The notes under the pieces are model-generated. The model was not told the origin of the DNA. It saw nothing but the letters and a program-made list of their open reading frames with translations, and ran no database searches. Source: Felis catus (taxonomy: Eukaryota). From it: 64,000 bases of DNA. Below are positions 39,121 to 52,060 of the stretch, one piece after another; the first letter of the stretch is position 1; the number at the start of each line of letters is the position of its first letter. The translations under genes and the position numbers were made by a program. The DNA lies in NCBI RefSeq assembly GCF_018350175.1, contig NC_058368.1:187614001-187678000 (forward strand). Reading direction: 5' to 3'.

Positions 39121-40040
39121 CTATAAAGAAAAAAATTCATCCCTTTGGCCCAGTAGTCCCACCTTGAAGAAGAGGGAGATGCTAAACATGGAAAGATTAG
39201 TTATTTAAATAAATACTTACTAAGCACCTGTATGTTCCAGGCTCTGTTGTAGGCACAGCAGGTAAAGCAACAAACATAATAAAGATTGCTGCCTTTATGG
39301 AATTTATGTTCTAATAGAGAGATAGGCAATAAATCAGGTAAATAGGTAAAATAGTATGCTGGTTGTCCCTATCTACTATGGAGAGAAAGTAAAGTGGAGG
39401 AGGAAATAGGAAGCTGGTTGGGGGTGGGTTGCGATATTGGCAAGGTGTTCAGAAAAGGTGTTATTGCAAAGGTGACACTTGAGTAATGACCTTTTAGAAG
39501 ATGATATGCGAATATCTAAGGGTGTTGTGAGGGGGGAGGGGAACAGTTAAGGAGGAGGGAACAATAAATACAAAGACCTGAGACAGCAGTGTTCACGGTA
39601 TGATGGCCAAGAAGCCACTGTGACAGGAGCAGAGGGTCAGGGAAATAACGGTGCAGCAGATCACGTATGACATCATGGACCACTGACCTGACACTGGCTT
39701 TCACACAGTGATGGAGAGCCACCTGCAACATTTTTAACAAAGGTGTTATATAAATGATGGACATGTAAACAAATAAATGCAGGTCCCAGGTCCTCCAGCA
39801 GAGTGCTGATTGGGCGAGCCAAATCTGGCAGTGTTCTCAAGTAGGTTTCCTAGCGATCCACAAAAGAAAGGGAGTGGGGTAGGAACCAGCTCCAGAGAAA
39901 TGCCATCCTTGAACCTAGTTACACCAAATTATAGATAAATAACCCCACGGAGGAGGGAAGAGATGTTTTCCCTCTCCTTTTTCTAGCTGTGCTCTGCCAG
40001 GTTTTGATTCTGTGGAAGGCTACATGAAATCCTAGCAGCA

Positions 40041-40106
40041 CATTGGCCTGGGCAGTGGAACATTGGTCTGGGAGTGGGACATTGGCCTGAGCAGTGGGAC
40101 ATTGGC
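40041..40106. repeat. ~20-bp tandem repeat x3.3
   Basis: CATTGGCCTGGGCAGTGG(A/G)A-like units at 40041, 40061, 40080, partial at 40100. Confidence 0.9.
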
Positions 40107-40226
40107 AGGCTGCAGCTGCCCCTCCTCCCCACCCCATCTTGACCCCAGGGTCCAGTCACTCCTTAATGCCTTGTATACAACTTCTTGTTTCCACTTACTT
40201 TATTTAAAGCTTTTATTTGGGGGACA

Positions 40227-40455
40227 GGGATGCCTGGGTGGCTCAGTCAGTTGAGCGAGCCACTCTTGATCTCCGCTCAGGTCATGATCTCATGGTTTGT
40301 GGGATCCAGCCCTGCATCTGGCTCTGTGCTGACAGTGTGGAGCCTGCTTGCGATTCTCTCTCTCCCTCTTTCTGTGCCCCTCCCTACCACCCATCCCTGT
40401 GTTCATGCCCACACACACTCTCTCTTTCTAAATAAATAAATGAACATTAAAAAAT
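40227..40455 (+). mobile_element. CAN-SINE
   Basis: Head GGGATGCCTGGGTGGCTCAG; (AAAT)n tail. Confidence 0.9.
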
Positions 40456-40647
40456 GAAATGAATGATAGAATTGAGAAAAATTGAGTTATCACACCCATT
40501 CTGCAGATAATAAAGTTGAGGCTCCTACATTTAGAAGTATAAAATCAAAGACTTGAACACATAACTATTGTTTCTGGCCCAACTCCCTTATTTTAGTAAC
40601 TGGCAACCCCATCCACCTGCGTGCTTAGCTCAAAAATCTTGGGATCA

Positions 40648-40762
40648 GAGGCACCTGGCTGGCTCAGTTAGTAGAGCATGAGACTCTTGATCTCGGGGTA
40701 GTAAGTTCGAGCCCCACATTGGGTGTAGAGATTATTTAAAAATAAAATCTTAAAAAAAAAAA
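40648..40762 (+). mobile_element. Short CAN-SINE (tRNA part plus A-tail)
   Basis: GGCACCTGGCTGGCTCAGTTAGTAGAGCATG..GTTCGAGCCCCAC..A-tail. Confidence 0.85.
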
Positions 40763-41623
40763 GGTTGAGACCATTCCCTCTATCACAGTGTTGACAAAGA
40801 GAGTTCATCTTAATCCTAAATTAGCAGGACCTTGGTTTGGCAGATGGAGCCTCCTACCACAACTACCATCTGTTGATTTTTTTGCTCTGTGGCCCAGCTC
40901 CTGAATTTTGCTGATATGCTTTAACCTTTAAAATATATGTGACTTTGACATTCTACTTATTAACATCTCTGTCTATTGTGAACATAGAAATAAAATGTAT
41001 TCTTAGCCAAATTTTTGAATAATAGTGAAACTTGAAGGAAAATGGGCTGTGGCCTTGGGCACCCAGAGCACATTGATAACATTATTCCATTTAGTTGTGT
41101 GTTTCCAATTAGTCAACCACAGCTTGCACTTGGCAGATATGGGTAACAGATGAAAAGCACTCTCTGTGTCAGCATTAATGTCTCGCTGAAAGCAAGTCAG
41201 TAACGATTTGTAAGATGAGGCATACATCAAAGAGAAAACCACCATAGCATCAGGCTGAACCGTTTCAGGGTAAGCAAGGCTTTATGTATTTAAAGTGAAG
41301 GATGTGTTTGTTTGGATGTGCTTTTGGCATGCTGCTTCTTATAAATTCTTAGTGTTGAAAGCAATTACGACTTTTCGCTCTGGCAGTGGTGAACTCAAAA
41401 ATATGCGTTTTATTTGTTTATACCTAAAATACATATATATTTGTTAATTATTATCTTTGTCTTGGATTTTATTGTTCTATCTTCAAAGCCATCTCTTATT
41501 TGTGGGATTGAGGCTTAATCACAAGTACTTGGGCAGAGTATAGTACTGTAGTTAATTTTGCCAGGTATTTTTCAGGTTTTAGTATACTTAGGATGAATGC
41601 TTGTGCTAATACTAGCTCTTGCT

Positions 41624-41758
41624 GGGATGCCTGAGTGGCTCAGTCAATTAAGTGTCTGACTTTTGATCTCGGGTCTTGAGCTCAGGGTTCAAGCCCTGTG
41701 TTGGGCTTCATGCTGGTTATGAAGCCTACTTTAAAAAAAAAAAACAAAAAACAAAAAA
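41624..41758 (+). mobile_element. Short CAN-SINE
   Basis: TSD ACTAGCTCTTGCT on both sides. Confidence 0.88.
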
Positions 41759-42070
41759 CTAGCTCTTGCTTACTGAGCCCTTACAATGTGCCAGGACCCC
41801 TAGTAAGTGTTTCCTCTGCATTATCTAATGTAATTCCTTCCTATCCAGTGTAGATTTCATGGTCCAACATTATAATCACTCCCTTACACAAACGACCTTA
41901 ATGTCCTTATCTTCTCTTCCTATTATTCTTCCCTAGAAAAACTTTGATCTGGCCACACCCAAACTTCTTCTTTCTCCATTCACTTATTGCCAATTGAATG
42001 TTGAAGAGAACAAACTGTACCAATTGGCCTCACTTTATTATTATTATTTTTTTAATTGGTCTCACTTTAT

Positions 42071-42288
42071 TTTTTTTAATATTTTTTAAAGTGTATTTAT
42101 TTATTTATTTTGAGAGAGAGGAAGTGCAAGTGAGGAAGGGGCAGAGAGAGAGGGATAAATAGAGAGAATCCCAGGCAGGCTCCACACCACCAGGGCAGAG
42201 CCTGATGCGGGGCTCGAACTCACAAAGCATGAGATCATGACCTAGGCTGAAGTCAGACGCTTAATCTACTGAGTCACCCAGGCACCCC
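42071..42288 (-). mobile_element. CAN-SINE
   Basis: Typical body; flanking AATTGGTCTCAC direct repeats. Confidence 0.9.
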
Positions 42289-42399
42289 AATTTGGTCTCA
42301 CCTTAAATTCATGTCTTCAAATCTCTAACGGCACAAAATGTACCCTGGAAATTCTATCAGCTTCCCTCCTAGACTCCCAGCATTCTCGGTGAAAAGTTC

Positions 42400-43800
42400 C
42401 TGAAGTGGCAAGCAAATGGTTTGTCCAAGGAGCTGAGTGATGAGGTAGGGGGAGAGTAGCGGGGGGGAGTGACAGAGAGGTTACAGGAACCCAGATCATG
42501 TAGGCCCTTGTAAGACCTTGTAAGGACTTGGCTTTTATGTTGAGTGAGCTGGAGGACATTTGGACAGTTCTGAGCAAAGGAGTGGCAAAGTCCAACTTAG
42601 ATTTTTACAGCATCACTCCAGCTACTGTTTTGAGAATAGATTGTAAGGAGCAAGGACAAAATCAGGGAGACGGAAGATGGTTGCAAAAACCTGAGCAAGA
42701 GATGATCTTGGCTTTGCCCCAGGTGGTTGCAAGGAAGGAGGTCAGAAGTGACCTGATTGGTGCTATCTTTGAAGGTAGAGCCAACAGCAACAGGGTTTGC
42801 TGATGATTTGGACATGGGGTGTGACAGAAAGTAAGGAGTTTGGCCTGAGCAACTATGAGGCTGGGAATTGTCCTTTCCTGAAATGGCAGTGGGAGGAGCA
42901 GGTTCAGAGGGTAAGGGCTCAGGGAAGGAAGTAACCGAAGACCTTGTTCTGGACACATCAGTTTGGAGTTGTCTGTTAGATGTCCTATTAGTTTCCTAGG
43001 GCTGCTGTACAAATTACCACAATCTTGGTGACTCAAAAGAACAGAAATTGGTTCTCTCACAGTTCTGGAACTCAGAAGTCTGAATGCTAAGTGTCAACAG
43101 AACCATGTTCTCTCTGAAGGCTCTGGGAGGACCTGCTCTTTGCCTCTTCTAGCCTCTGTGGCTGGTGGCATTCTTTGGCTTGTGGCCATATTGCCTGTCT
43201 CCCACAGAGGCAGGAGAGAACCAAGGGACTGTGGTGTGGGAAGCCAAGTGTCTTAGTCCATTTGGACAACTATGGCCAAGTATCATACATTGATTGTGTC
43301 ATAAACAATAGAAATGCATATCTCATAGTTCTGGAAGCTGGAAACTCCAAGATCAAGGTGCCAGAAGACTTGGTATCTGGTGAGAGCCCACTTCTTGGTT
43401 CATAGACAGACATCTTTCTGCTGTGTCCTCACATGGTAGAAGGGACAAGGAGCTCCCTGCGGTCTCTTTCAGAAGGGCAACAGTCTAAAGTTCATGAGGG
43501 CCCCATGCTCATGACCTAATCACATTCCAAAGGCCCCACCTCCAAATACCATCACATTGGGGATTAGGTTTCAACACATGAATACAAATATTCAGTCCAC
43601 AGCACCAAGTGAAGACACTGTTGCAAAAAGGAAGAAATGATCAACCATGTCATGATACAGCAGGAAAGGTAGGATGAGGACCAAGTGTTGACTGTTGGCT
43701 TTAGCAAAATGGAGCTCAGAGGAAATTTTGGAAAGAGCCATTTAGGAGGAGAAATAGAGGTAAAACGTGGTTGGGGAAGATTCAAGAGACAACAGGAGGC
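42400..43800 (-). mobile_element. L2 fragment interrupted by two MLT1 LTRs (~42981-43200 and ~43249-43600)
   Basis: L2-like CAGATCATGTAGGCCCTTGTAAG, GGTTTGCTGATGATTTGGA; MLT1 TTAGTTTCCTAGGGCTGCTGTACAAATTACCAC and GGAAGCTGGAAACTCCAAGATCAAGGTGCC..GGGGATTAGGTTTCAACACATGAAT. Confidence 0.75.
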
Positions 43801-43964
43801 TGGACCTTTTCTGAATCTGTTCATTAGCTCCAGTAGCTTTCTTGTGACTTTGGGATTTCCTATACATAGGAAAAAAATTGGAAACAGTGATGATGGTTGC
43901 CCAGCAGTGTGGATGTGATTAACACCCCTGGATCATACACTAACAGTCTTTTAAAGGGCATATT

Positions 43965-44187
43965 CTGGGTGGCTTTGTCCAACTAATTTAAGTGGCCGAC
44001 TCTTGATTTCAGCTCAGGTCATGATCTCACGGTTCATGAGATTGAGCCCTGAGTCAGGCTCCACCTGCTGTGTGGGATTTGCACACACACTCTCTCTCTC
44101 TTTCTCAAAAATACATACATACATATATACATACATACATACATACATACATACACACATACATACATACATACATAAATGTTTAAA
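43965..44187 (+). mobile_element. CAN-SINE with (TACA)n tail microsatellite
   Basis: GCTCAGGTCATGATCTCACGG; (CATA)n 44111-44177; TTTAAA(A)GGG(G)CA flanks. Confidence 0.85.
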
Positions 44188-45075
44188 AGGGGCAATTTCT
44201 CTGTTATATATATTTTATCACAATAAAGTATTAAAAAATGAGAAGAGATGCTGGTGAAAAACTGTTTAGAGAAGTTCTGTTGAATGTTTGTTGAAAGCAG
44301 TGAGGTAGCAAAGAGGGAGATTTGAAGTCATTTTTGCCTAAGGGAATGTTGTAGCATGTTTCTATACTGATGGGGGCAACCTGGCAGAGAGACAGTTGGT
44401 CTGTGACAACAGGAGGGAAGGCAGCAGGAAGGTGAGGAAGAATGATGGGGGACTTGTGCAAATCCTCTTCTGAAGTCTTCTGTCTTCTCAGGGAGGTTGG
44501 AGGCCAGGGTATCAGTCAAGAGTGAAGATGGGGACAAGGTGTTGGAGGTTGAGCAAAGGTGTGAAACGGTGGCCAGGGTCCTCACCGGGGCCTTCACACC
44601 AGCACAGCAGCCTGACCTGGGCACTGTTAGAAATGCAAATGACCAGGCCCACCCCTTCTTATCAGGGATTCAGAACCCCGGGGAATGGGGCCAGCCATCT
44701 GTGTTTAACAAGCCCTCCTGGTTTGTCTGAGGTCGATCTGATGCCCTGTCTGGCCTGAGAAGGCCAGGCCTACGGGGAAATGTGCTGTACCTGCTGGGCG
44801 TTAGCAGCCCTGAGCGCTGGCGTAGAGGTTCTGATGTGGAGTCTGGAGCTGAACTGCCCAGCGTTCCATTAGAATGCTCCCACTTAGCTGTGTGATCCTG
44901 GGCCAGTCCCTGGACCTCTCCGTGCCTCGGTTTTCTCATCCTGAAAATGCAGATGATGATAATAATCCTCATGAGGATCAAATGACTTCTTTTGCGGAGA
45001 GCACTTATAATGGTACCTTCCCATAGGGAACAAAATGCATGTAGCTATTATTAATAATTCAAAATGAGGCCTTCA

Positions 45076-45262
45076 GGGGCACCTGGGTGACTCAATCAAT
45101 TAAACATCTGACTCTTGATTTGGGCTCAGGTCATGATCTCGCGGCCATAAGATCAAGCCCCAGGTTGGGCCCTGCGCTGTGCGTGGAGCCTGCTTAAGAT
45201 TCTCTCTTCTTCTCCCTTTGCCTCTTCCCCTCAAAAAAATAAAAGTAAAAATAAAAAAATAA
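45076..45262 (+). mobile_element. CAN-SINE
   Basis: Head and A-rich tail; AA(A/G)TGAGG flanks. Confidence 0.88.
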
Positions 45263-45499
45263 AGTGAGGTCTCCAGCATGGTTCTGTGTTTTTTATTGCA
45301 GCACCTAGTTGCCTAGGAGTAGAGCAAATGACTGTTACATTCTCCAGAAGGCTGGAATTTTGCCATGTAGAAGTCGTAAAATGAGAAAAGGTAGCTGAGG
45401 AGTTAACTTTTAAGTTAAGCTTAAAAGTTTACTGGTAAGCTGTGGAATCTGCTGTGGGCAGAAGCAAGGATGGGCCTGATAGCAGGTGCTTGGGACAGT

Positions 45500-47900
45500 G
45501 AAAAGGTGGAGATCAATGGATGGAGGGTATAGTGAGGTGGAATGGTTGTTGGACTTGAGGGGCCAGAGGGGTGAGTTGGAAAGATTGGTGGATGGTTACA
45601 GCATGTAATGCCTGAAATGGATGGGTTAAAGCTATTAGTAATAACAAAGTCTGTGTCTGGGCTGAGTTAGTATGGAGGGCAACATCATTGAAGAAGACCT
45701 CAGGACCTGAGAGTCCTGGGTCTTGGAAAATGACTTAGGATAATAAAAATCAGCAACAATTATGATGAGGCAGTGGTAGGGATAGTGACAGTGAGACAAG
45801 GCCTCAAGTTCTCAAGGAATGAGGGGAAATGCCCTGGGGCCACAGGACATTGTGACCAGATGGCCTAGTCTGAGGATATGAATTTCTAAGCAGTGGGGAT
45901 TTATGGAGGAAGGAGAGAGAATGGTTTGGGTGTGGCAATGAGGCGCAGGAGGTCACCCACCACTTCCCCTTCAGGCCCCTTGGTACAAGGGGAATGGAAC
46001 AGAAAACAAACCCAACCTAAGGAAGCTATAATGGGAGAACATTCTCAGAAAAGAGCCAAATTTTAGGTAAAGAGAAAACAGGAAGCAAATAGTCAAAAAG
46101 ACTGGTGGTGTTAGTCTCTTTCTATGCCAAACATTCAGCTGGGCACAAAAGAGTAAAATGTCCTGTCCTCAGAGACAGAGTAAACAAGATTGAAAAGTCA
46201 AATATATACTCTATTAGTGCTAAATATTAGAAGAAAAAATAAAGCACTGGAGAGAGATGGAAGTGTCAGTAACTGGGAATTAAAACTATAATAGATGGCC
46301 AAGAAAGGCTCCCTGAGAGGGTGACATTGGGTATTGACTTGAAGGATATGGAAAGCTGACCAGATATCTGGTAGCAAAAAGAACAGCAAGTACAAAGGCC
46401 CTGAGGTGGGAGGATATGCAGAATATCTGAGGAAAACAGGGAGTCCAGTGTGGTGGTAGCAGGTGGAGGGAGGGGGCATCATGGCAGGAGATGAGGTCAA
46501 AGGGGGAAACAGAGGGGTGGGCAGATCATGTAGAGCCCTGTAGGTATAGGTAGAGCTTGGCCTCTACTCTGAGAGAGATGGGGAGCCACTGAAGGGTTTG
46601 GGACAAAGGAGAGATGTGAATTGCATTTCGATGAGAAGATTCTGGCTGCTGTATGGAGGACAAAGTGGTGGGGCAAGGACTGATATAAGGAGACTCATTA
46701 AGAAAGTTTTGCCAAAATCCAGCCAAGATTTGATGGTGGCTTGAACCAGGGCAGTCATTGGGCCATGGCCTCAGGAGCCCCGACAGCCAGTACATCCTTC
46801 CTAAGAGAGAGCAGGCAGGGTGTGAGGACCTGCGTGCAGTAAGAGGGGCACAGGTATGTTGTGGAAGTTCCTCTGATTTCTTCCGGTTCTTACTGAGTAA
46901 GGAAGCAAACTGCACGTGAGGTGGGAGAGAACATATCACGCCTTTGCAGGCACAAGAGGAGGGTGGGAGAGGAGACAGACTAGAGCATTGGCTCTTAAAT
47001 CTGAGCACGCACATCAGGCTGGACAATTGCTAATGCAGACTGCTGCCATGCCCCCCTCCCTCCCCAGGTTTCTGATTCAGTAGGTGGGGGGTGGGGCCTG
47101 ACAACTGCATTTCTGACGCTGTCTGTCTAGGAACCACTTTGAGAACCACCAGCCGATAGTACAGTGGGCTAACCTGGCAGAATGGAGCGCTCACTTGTGC
47201 TTAATGATGGTGGCTTCACTGAAGACCACGAGCATGGCTGTTTTCTTGTCCAGTCACGCTCAGCTGCACTGGAGCCGGCACAGAACAGACAGGTGGGTTT
47301 AACCGGGGTTGAAGTTTAGCCAAGCGGATGTTACGAATCATAAGAAAGGCAATGGGGTTAAGGGTAGATCCAATGGAGTGGTTTGACAGATTGAGCTTGG
47401 GGCCGAAGGTGGACAATGTGGGAAGAGAGGACATGAGTCAGTGGAGAGGGGTCAGGATCCTGGCCTTCAAGGATCACTGGGGGCTGAGTCCTAGAGGGAG
47501 TGAACTAGAAGCTGAGGTTATAGATGGAGCCAGACCCTAGCATGGGGTGGCCAAGGCAAGGTGATTGGAAGACAGAAGGCCATGGAATGAGAGTGTTGGA
47601 AAGTACATGTGTCTGTTGGGAATTGAAAACAGCAAGACTTAAAACAGGACCTGGTCAGAGAGCATGACGGGGAGCCAGGAGCTAAAATCGTCAAGCAATG
47701 AGGTGGTGACCTGCTGGCCAGGAGGTGACTGAATGGGAGAGGTGACAAGAGCTGCGCTCCCATGACAGGAGGTTCAAAGCCAGAAGGTTTTACAGGAACG
47801 ACGGTGGAGAAAGGTCTGGCAGTGACAAAGGGGAGCAAGGAGGAGCCCCCCACCTCCAGGCCCATGGAGCAGAGGCAGGAATGGCAGCACCACCACTTGA
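45500..47900 (-). mobile_element. Fragmented L2 region with a MER5-like MITE (~46985-47150)
   Basis: Purine-rich L2-like tracts (GAGGGTGACATTGGG..GACTTGAAGGAT, GATGGGGAGCCACTGAAGGGTTT); CCAGGTTTCTGATTCAGTAGGT..CACTTTGAGAACCAC. Confidence 0.55.
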
Positions 47901-47989
47901 GAGAGACAGCGGCTGGGGAAGCTGAGCGCTTGGCAGAACCGGGGTCTGGGTCCTGGTTCTGGAGGCACAAATTAGAAACAGCTGGGGAA

Positions 47990-48390
47990 GGGCGCCTGGG
48001 ATGTTCAGTCAGTGAAGCACCCAACTTTGGCTCAGGTCATGATCTCACAGTTCCTTGGTTCGAGCCCCGCATTGGGCTCCGCACTGACAGTGCAGAGCCA
48101 GCTTCAGATCCTCTGTCCCTCCCTCTCTGCCCCAGCAGCCCTCTTTGTCTCAAAAATAAATAAACATTCAAACTAAAAAACTGGAGGGGCGCCTGGGTGG
48201 CTCAGTCGGTTAAGCGTCTGACTTTGACTCAGGTCATGATCTCACGGTTTGTGGGTTCAGCCCCATGTCCGGCTCTGCTGACAGATCAGAGCCTGGAGCC
48301 TATTTCGGATTCTGTGTCTCCCTCTCCCTTCCCCTTCCCTGCTTGTGCTCTGTCTTTCTCTTTCAAAAACAAATAAACATTAAATTTTTT
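47990..48390 (+). mobile_element. Two tandem CAN-SINEs (47990-48170, 48186-48390)
   Basis: Two heads GGGCGCCTGGG, each with an AATAAA-containing tail. Confidence 0.92.
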
Positions 48391-50369
48391 TTATAAAATA
48401 ATAGAAGTAATAATAACAAATAAGTAACTGGGGAACCAGGATACCATACTACTGCCTGCACCCCACCGTCAGAGATTTTAATTTAATTAGTCTGGTGGGG
48501 TGCCTGGACTCTGGTGTGTTTCCAAGCACTGGAAGTGATTTGAATGTCCAGCCCAGGAATGACAGCCAGAAGGTGAAGGGGACACTAAGGAGTCTGATGA
48601 TATGGGGGGCTTTGCCCATGGCTGGGTGGGGTCCCTGTGGGCGATGGGGAGAAAATGAGGGGGCACTGGCAGGAGGATCTGAGTCTGGGGGAGGGAGGAA
48701 AGGCCTGGGCTGAAGAGGACTCAAATCCCCAACATGGTCGTGAGGCAGATTGTGATGGCAGTGGTGAGGCTGTGAGTGGTAGGGACAGGTACGGATGGGC
48801 TCTTGCCTGGAGCCCAGCGATGTCAGTGGCCCCTTCTTCACCAGCAGTGGAGGCCTGGGGGCTGGGGGGACCGGCAGTTCTAACAGAACGTCTGCAGCTC
48901 TGGGGGCCTGCTTCCCTTCAGGCTTCCTCTTCCCCACATCCGATCCCTCAGTAGGCACTAGTGAGGCAGAGTATGCCTGTGGAGCCAGATGGTCTCAGTT
49001 CAGATCTCCTGCCCGGGTGACCTTAGGCAAATCACTCAATCTTTCTGTGCCTCAGTTTTCCTATCTATAAAATGGGACTAAGAACAACACCCATCTTCCT
49101 AGGATTTTGTGAACGTTTAGTTAATATATAGAGGGTTGCTAGAAGAACGTGGGACAAACAGTAGACCCTATTTGTGTTTGCCATTGTTCTTTGTAAAACG
49201 TATCCCAAATCTTCTATTTCTCTCTATCCCCATCATTACTACACTAGTCCGAGCCACCGTCATGGCTGGGCGTCCCATTTTTACTCCCTCCCCACCAACC
49301 TACTCTCTCCAAAACTGCAGATCAATCCACGTCACTCCTTTGCTTAAAACCTTCCCATGACCTCTTCTCCATGGCATTTAGAATGATGTTCCTGGATTAT
49401 GATGTCCCTCACCATCTGGCCTCCTCTCCACTCATTTCCTCACCCGCTAAATTCCTAGTTCACTGTCCTTTCTCTTCTTTATCATGCCAGCCACACTCCT
49501 GCTTCAGGCCTCTCACCAGCTGTTCCCTCCATTCCAGATTATTCTTTCCCCTAGACCATGCATGGCTGAATTCTTCTTGTCCCCAGGTCTTAGCTGAGGC
49601 TTTCCATGCCTCTGATTACTTACTTTGTTCATGTCTATTTTAATTCTCTGCGTGGCTCTCACTACCTTCTTGTATTTTTTCTTTCTTCTTCTTTTTTAAT
49701 GTCCATTCTACTTTGAGTTTCCCTTAAAGCAGAGTGAGACAAGGATTTGACTGTGGATTGGTTATTTGGAAGACATTGCCAGAGTGGGGGTGAGGGTGCA
49801 GGTTGAGTGTATATGCTGCTGAAGCGAGCACGGGATGTGGGAAGAGACAGGAAGGTGCAAAAGCAGCTAAGAGTGTTAGCCTTACTACTGTGGGGGAGGC
49901 ACCTCTGGGAAGCTTGTAGAACACCTCACAGAGTTGTTCTGCTGAAACACGAACGTGGGAGGTGGAAACCTTTATCCACTGGCTCCCATTCCTCATTGGC
50001 TGAGGGCTGCATTTGGGGCATTAATTCCCTGACTTCCAGGTTGGGTATACCTAAGGGCCAAGCTAATTCTGGCTGCCTGGCTGCTTTGGGGAAAGGTCTG
50101 GCAGCCAGAGGCCAGTCAGCACTTCCCAACACAGCTGTGGCTAAATGCAGAGGTGGGAGGTATCACGAGCTCTGGTATCTGCTGCCTGACCCATGTCACC
50201 TTCTAGAGGGTAAGCTCTTAGTGAGGGGAGACTATCCTTTCTGTTCACTCTTGTATCCCAAGAGCCCAGCACAGTGCCAGACAGTCGGTATTTGTAAGTA
50301 CTAGTTGAAGGAATTTAATTCATCCTTTCTTCAATCCAGGGGTAGTTACTATTGTTATCTGCATGTTTT

Positions 50370-50543
50370 TAATTTTTTTTTTTTTAAGTAAGCTCTATGC
50401 CCAACATGGGGCTTGAACTCACAACCCTGATATCAACAGTCACATGCTCTACAGACTGAGCCAGCCAGGCGCCCATCCCTTTTTTTTTTTTTTAAGACAG
50501 GATTCTTATGTATGTATGTATTTTTTTTTAATGTGTATTTATT

Positions 50544-50589
<46 letters not shown>

Positions 50590-50758
50590 CACAAGTTGGG
50601 GAGGGGCAGAGAGAGAGAGGGAGACACAGAATCTGAAGTAGGCTCCAGGCTCTGAGCTGTCAGCACAGAGCCTGACGCGGGGCTTGAACTCACCAACTGT
50701 AAGATCATGACCTGAGCTGAAATTGAATGCTTAACCAACTAAGCCACCCAGGTGCCCC
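50370..50758 (-). mobile_element. Short and full CAN-SINEs (50370-50474, 50520-50758) with (GA)n expansion
   Basis: Two minus-strand heads; (GA)n 50547-50584. Confidence 0.9.
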
Positions 50759-51277
50759 TGTATGTGTATATTTAAAGTAAGTTCTAGGACCCAGCCATGT
50801 ACCCCATTATCTGCATTTTTAGGTGAGAAAAGTAAAGGGAAGTCTTGCATACTGGGGTCACTCAGTTTACCTGTGTTACAGCTGGAATCTCAACCCAGGC
50901 AAATCTGACTTTAGACCCTAAGGTTTGAACTGCAAGAACTTACTTCATCAGTAGTTACTTCCTCTCCAGTTACTGAAGATTATTCTTAGTCTTGATCATC
51001 AAATTTCATATTGGCAGTATAATGTTATTAGGTACGTTTTACAGATTGCCTTGCTTATATGGTGGCATAATGGCTTTCATGGTGTGTGAGGGTGTGATTT
51101 AGAGGATTAATAAGAATGAAAAATGCAAATGATTCAAAGGCCTTGGAGGGTAAGAGAAATACTTGCAACTGGCCACGTTTGATCTACGAGTGGGTGGGGG
51201 GGTTTCCTGGCAGGAACTGGAGATGGCGTGCTCCATTTAAAGGGAGCCTCTATGGTGGCCCACATTTGGTGCTTTAC

Positions 51278-51499
51278 AGTAGGGCTCAGCAAACCTTTTG
51301 TGTAAAAGATCCAATAGTAAATAGGCTTTGTGAGCCATATAATCTCTGTGGCAACTACCTACCTCTGCCATTGTGGCACAAAAATAGCCGCAGGGAATAT
51401 ATAAACAAATGGGTGTGGCTGTGTTCCAATAAAACTTTATTTACAAAAACAAGCAACAGGCCAGATTTGGCCCTTGGGCCATAGTTTCCTGAACCCTGC
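51278..51499. mobile_element. MER58A-like hAT MITE
   Basis: GGGCTCAGCAAACC..GTAAA..CCAATAGTAAAT..GTGTTCCAATAAAACTTTATTTACAAAAACA..GGGCCATAGTTT..ACCCTG. Confidence 0.85.
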
Positions 51500-52060
51500 C
51501 TTGTAGGACTGTAATTCAAATCTTCTGATTTTTCAAGAGAAATGGAATTGGGAACTTACGTGACATTTCCCAATTCTAAAAATATCATATAGACTGCCAA
51601 TTTGCACTCACTAATTTAGTGGCTTGCCATATTGCCTCAGAAGTTTGTGTACTTCTGTTCAGGAAATAAGACCTAATATCAACAATCATAACGCATGTGG
51701 CACGTGAAAAATACTGTGACTCAAAAGAGAGAAAATTTCCTTTGGGCCGGGAAATGGTTGCTAAGACTTGAAGGAGGAGGTGGTGCTTAACCAGGGTTTA
51801 AAAGTTAGGTAATATTTTTCCATGTAAAATTTATACTGTGGGAGCATTCCCAGCAAAGGCAGTGGTATGAGCAAAAAATATTTGGAGCACCACAAATATT
51901 TGTTTTGACAGAGAGCAGTAGGCAACAAGGCTGGAGAGCAGGGGAGAGATCAATGACTGCCAAGGAGGTGGGGGTCCAGTCTATAGACCTTGAGTAGCGT
52001 TCACAACTGTCTTCTGGGAAGGTTGACGTCACCAGTGCCCATTTAAGATTGGAGACTGAA

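Noticed and set aside
40041..40106. Short direct repeats here, at 14929 and at 57427 as a CRISPR-like array
   Set aside because: Head-to-tail tandem repeats without unique spacers in eukaryotic DNA
40648..40762. tRNA-like sequences with A and B boxes
   Set aside because: tRNA-derived SINE heads with A-tails, not tRNA genes
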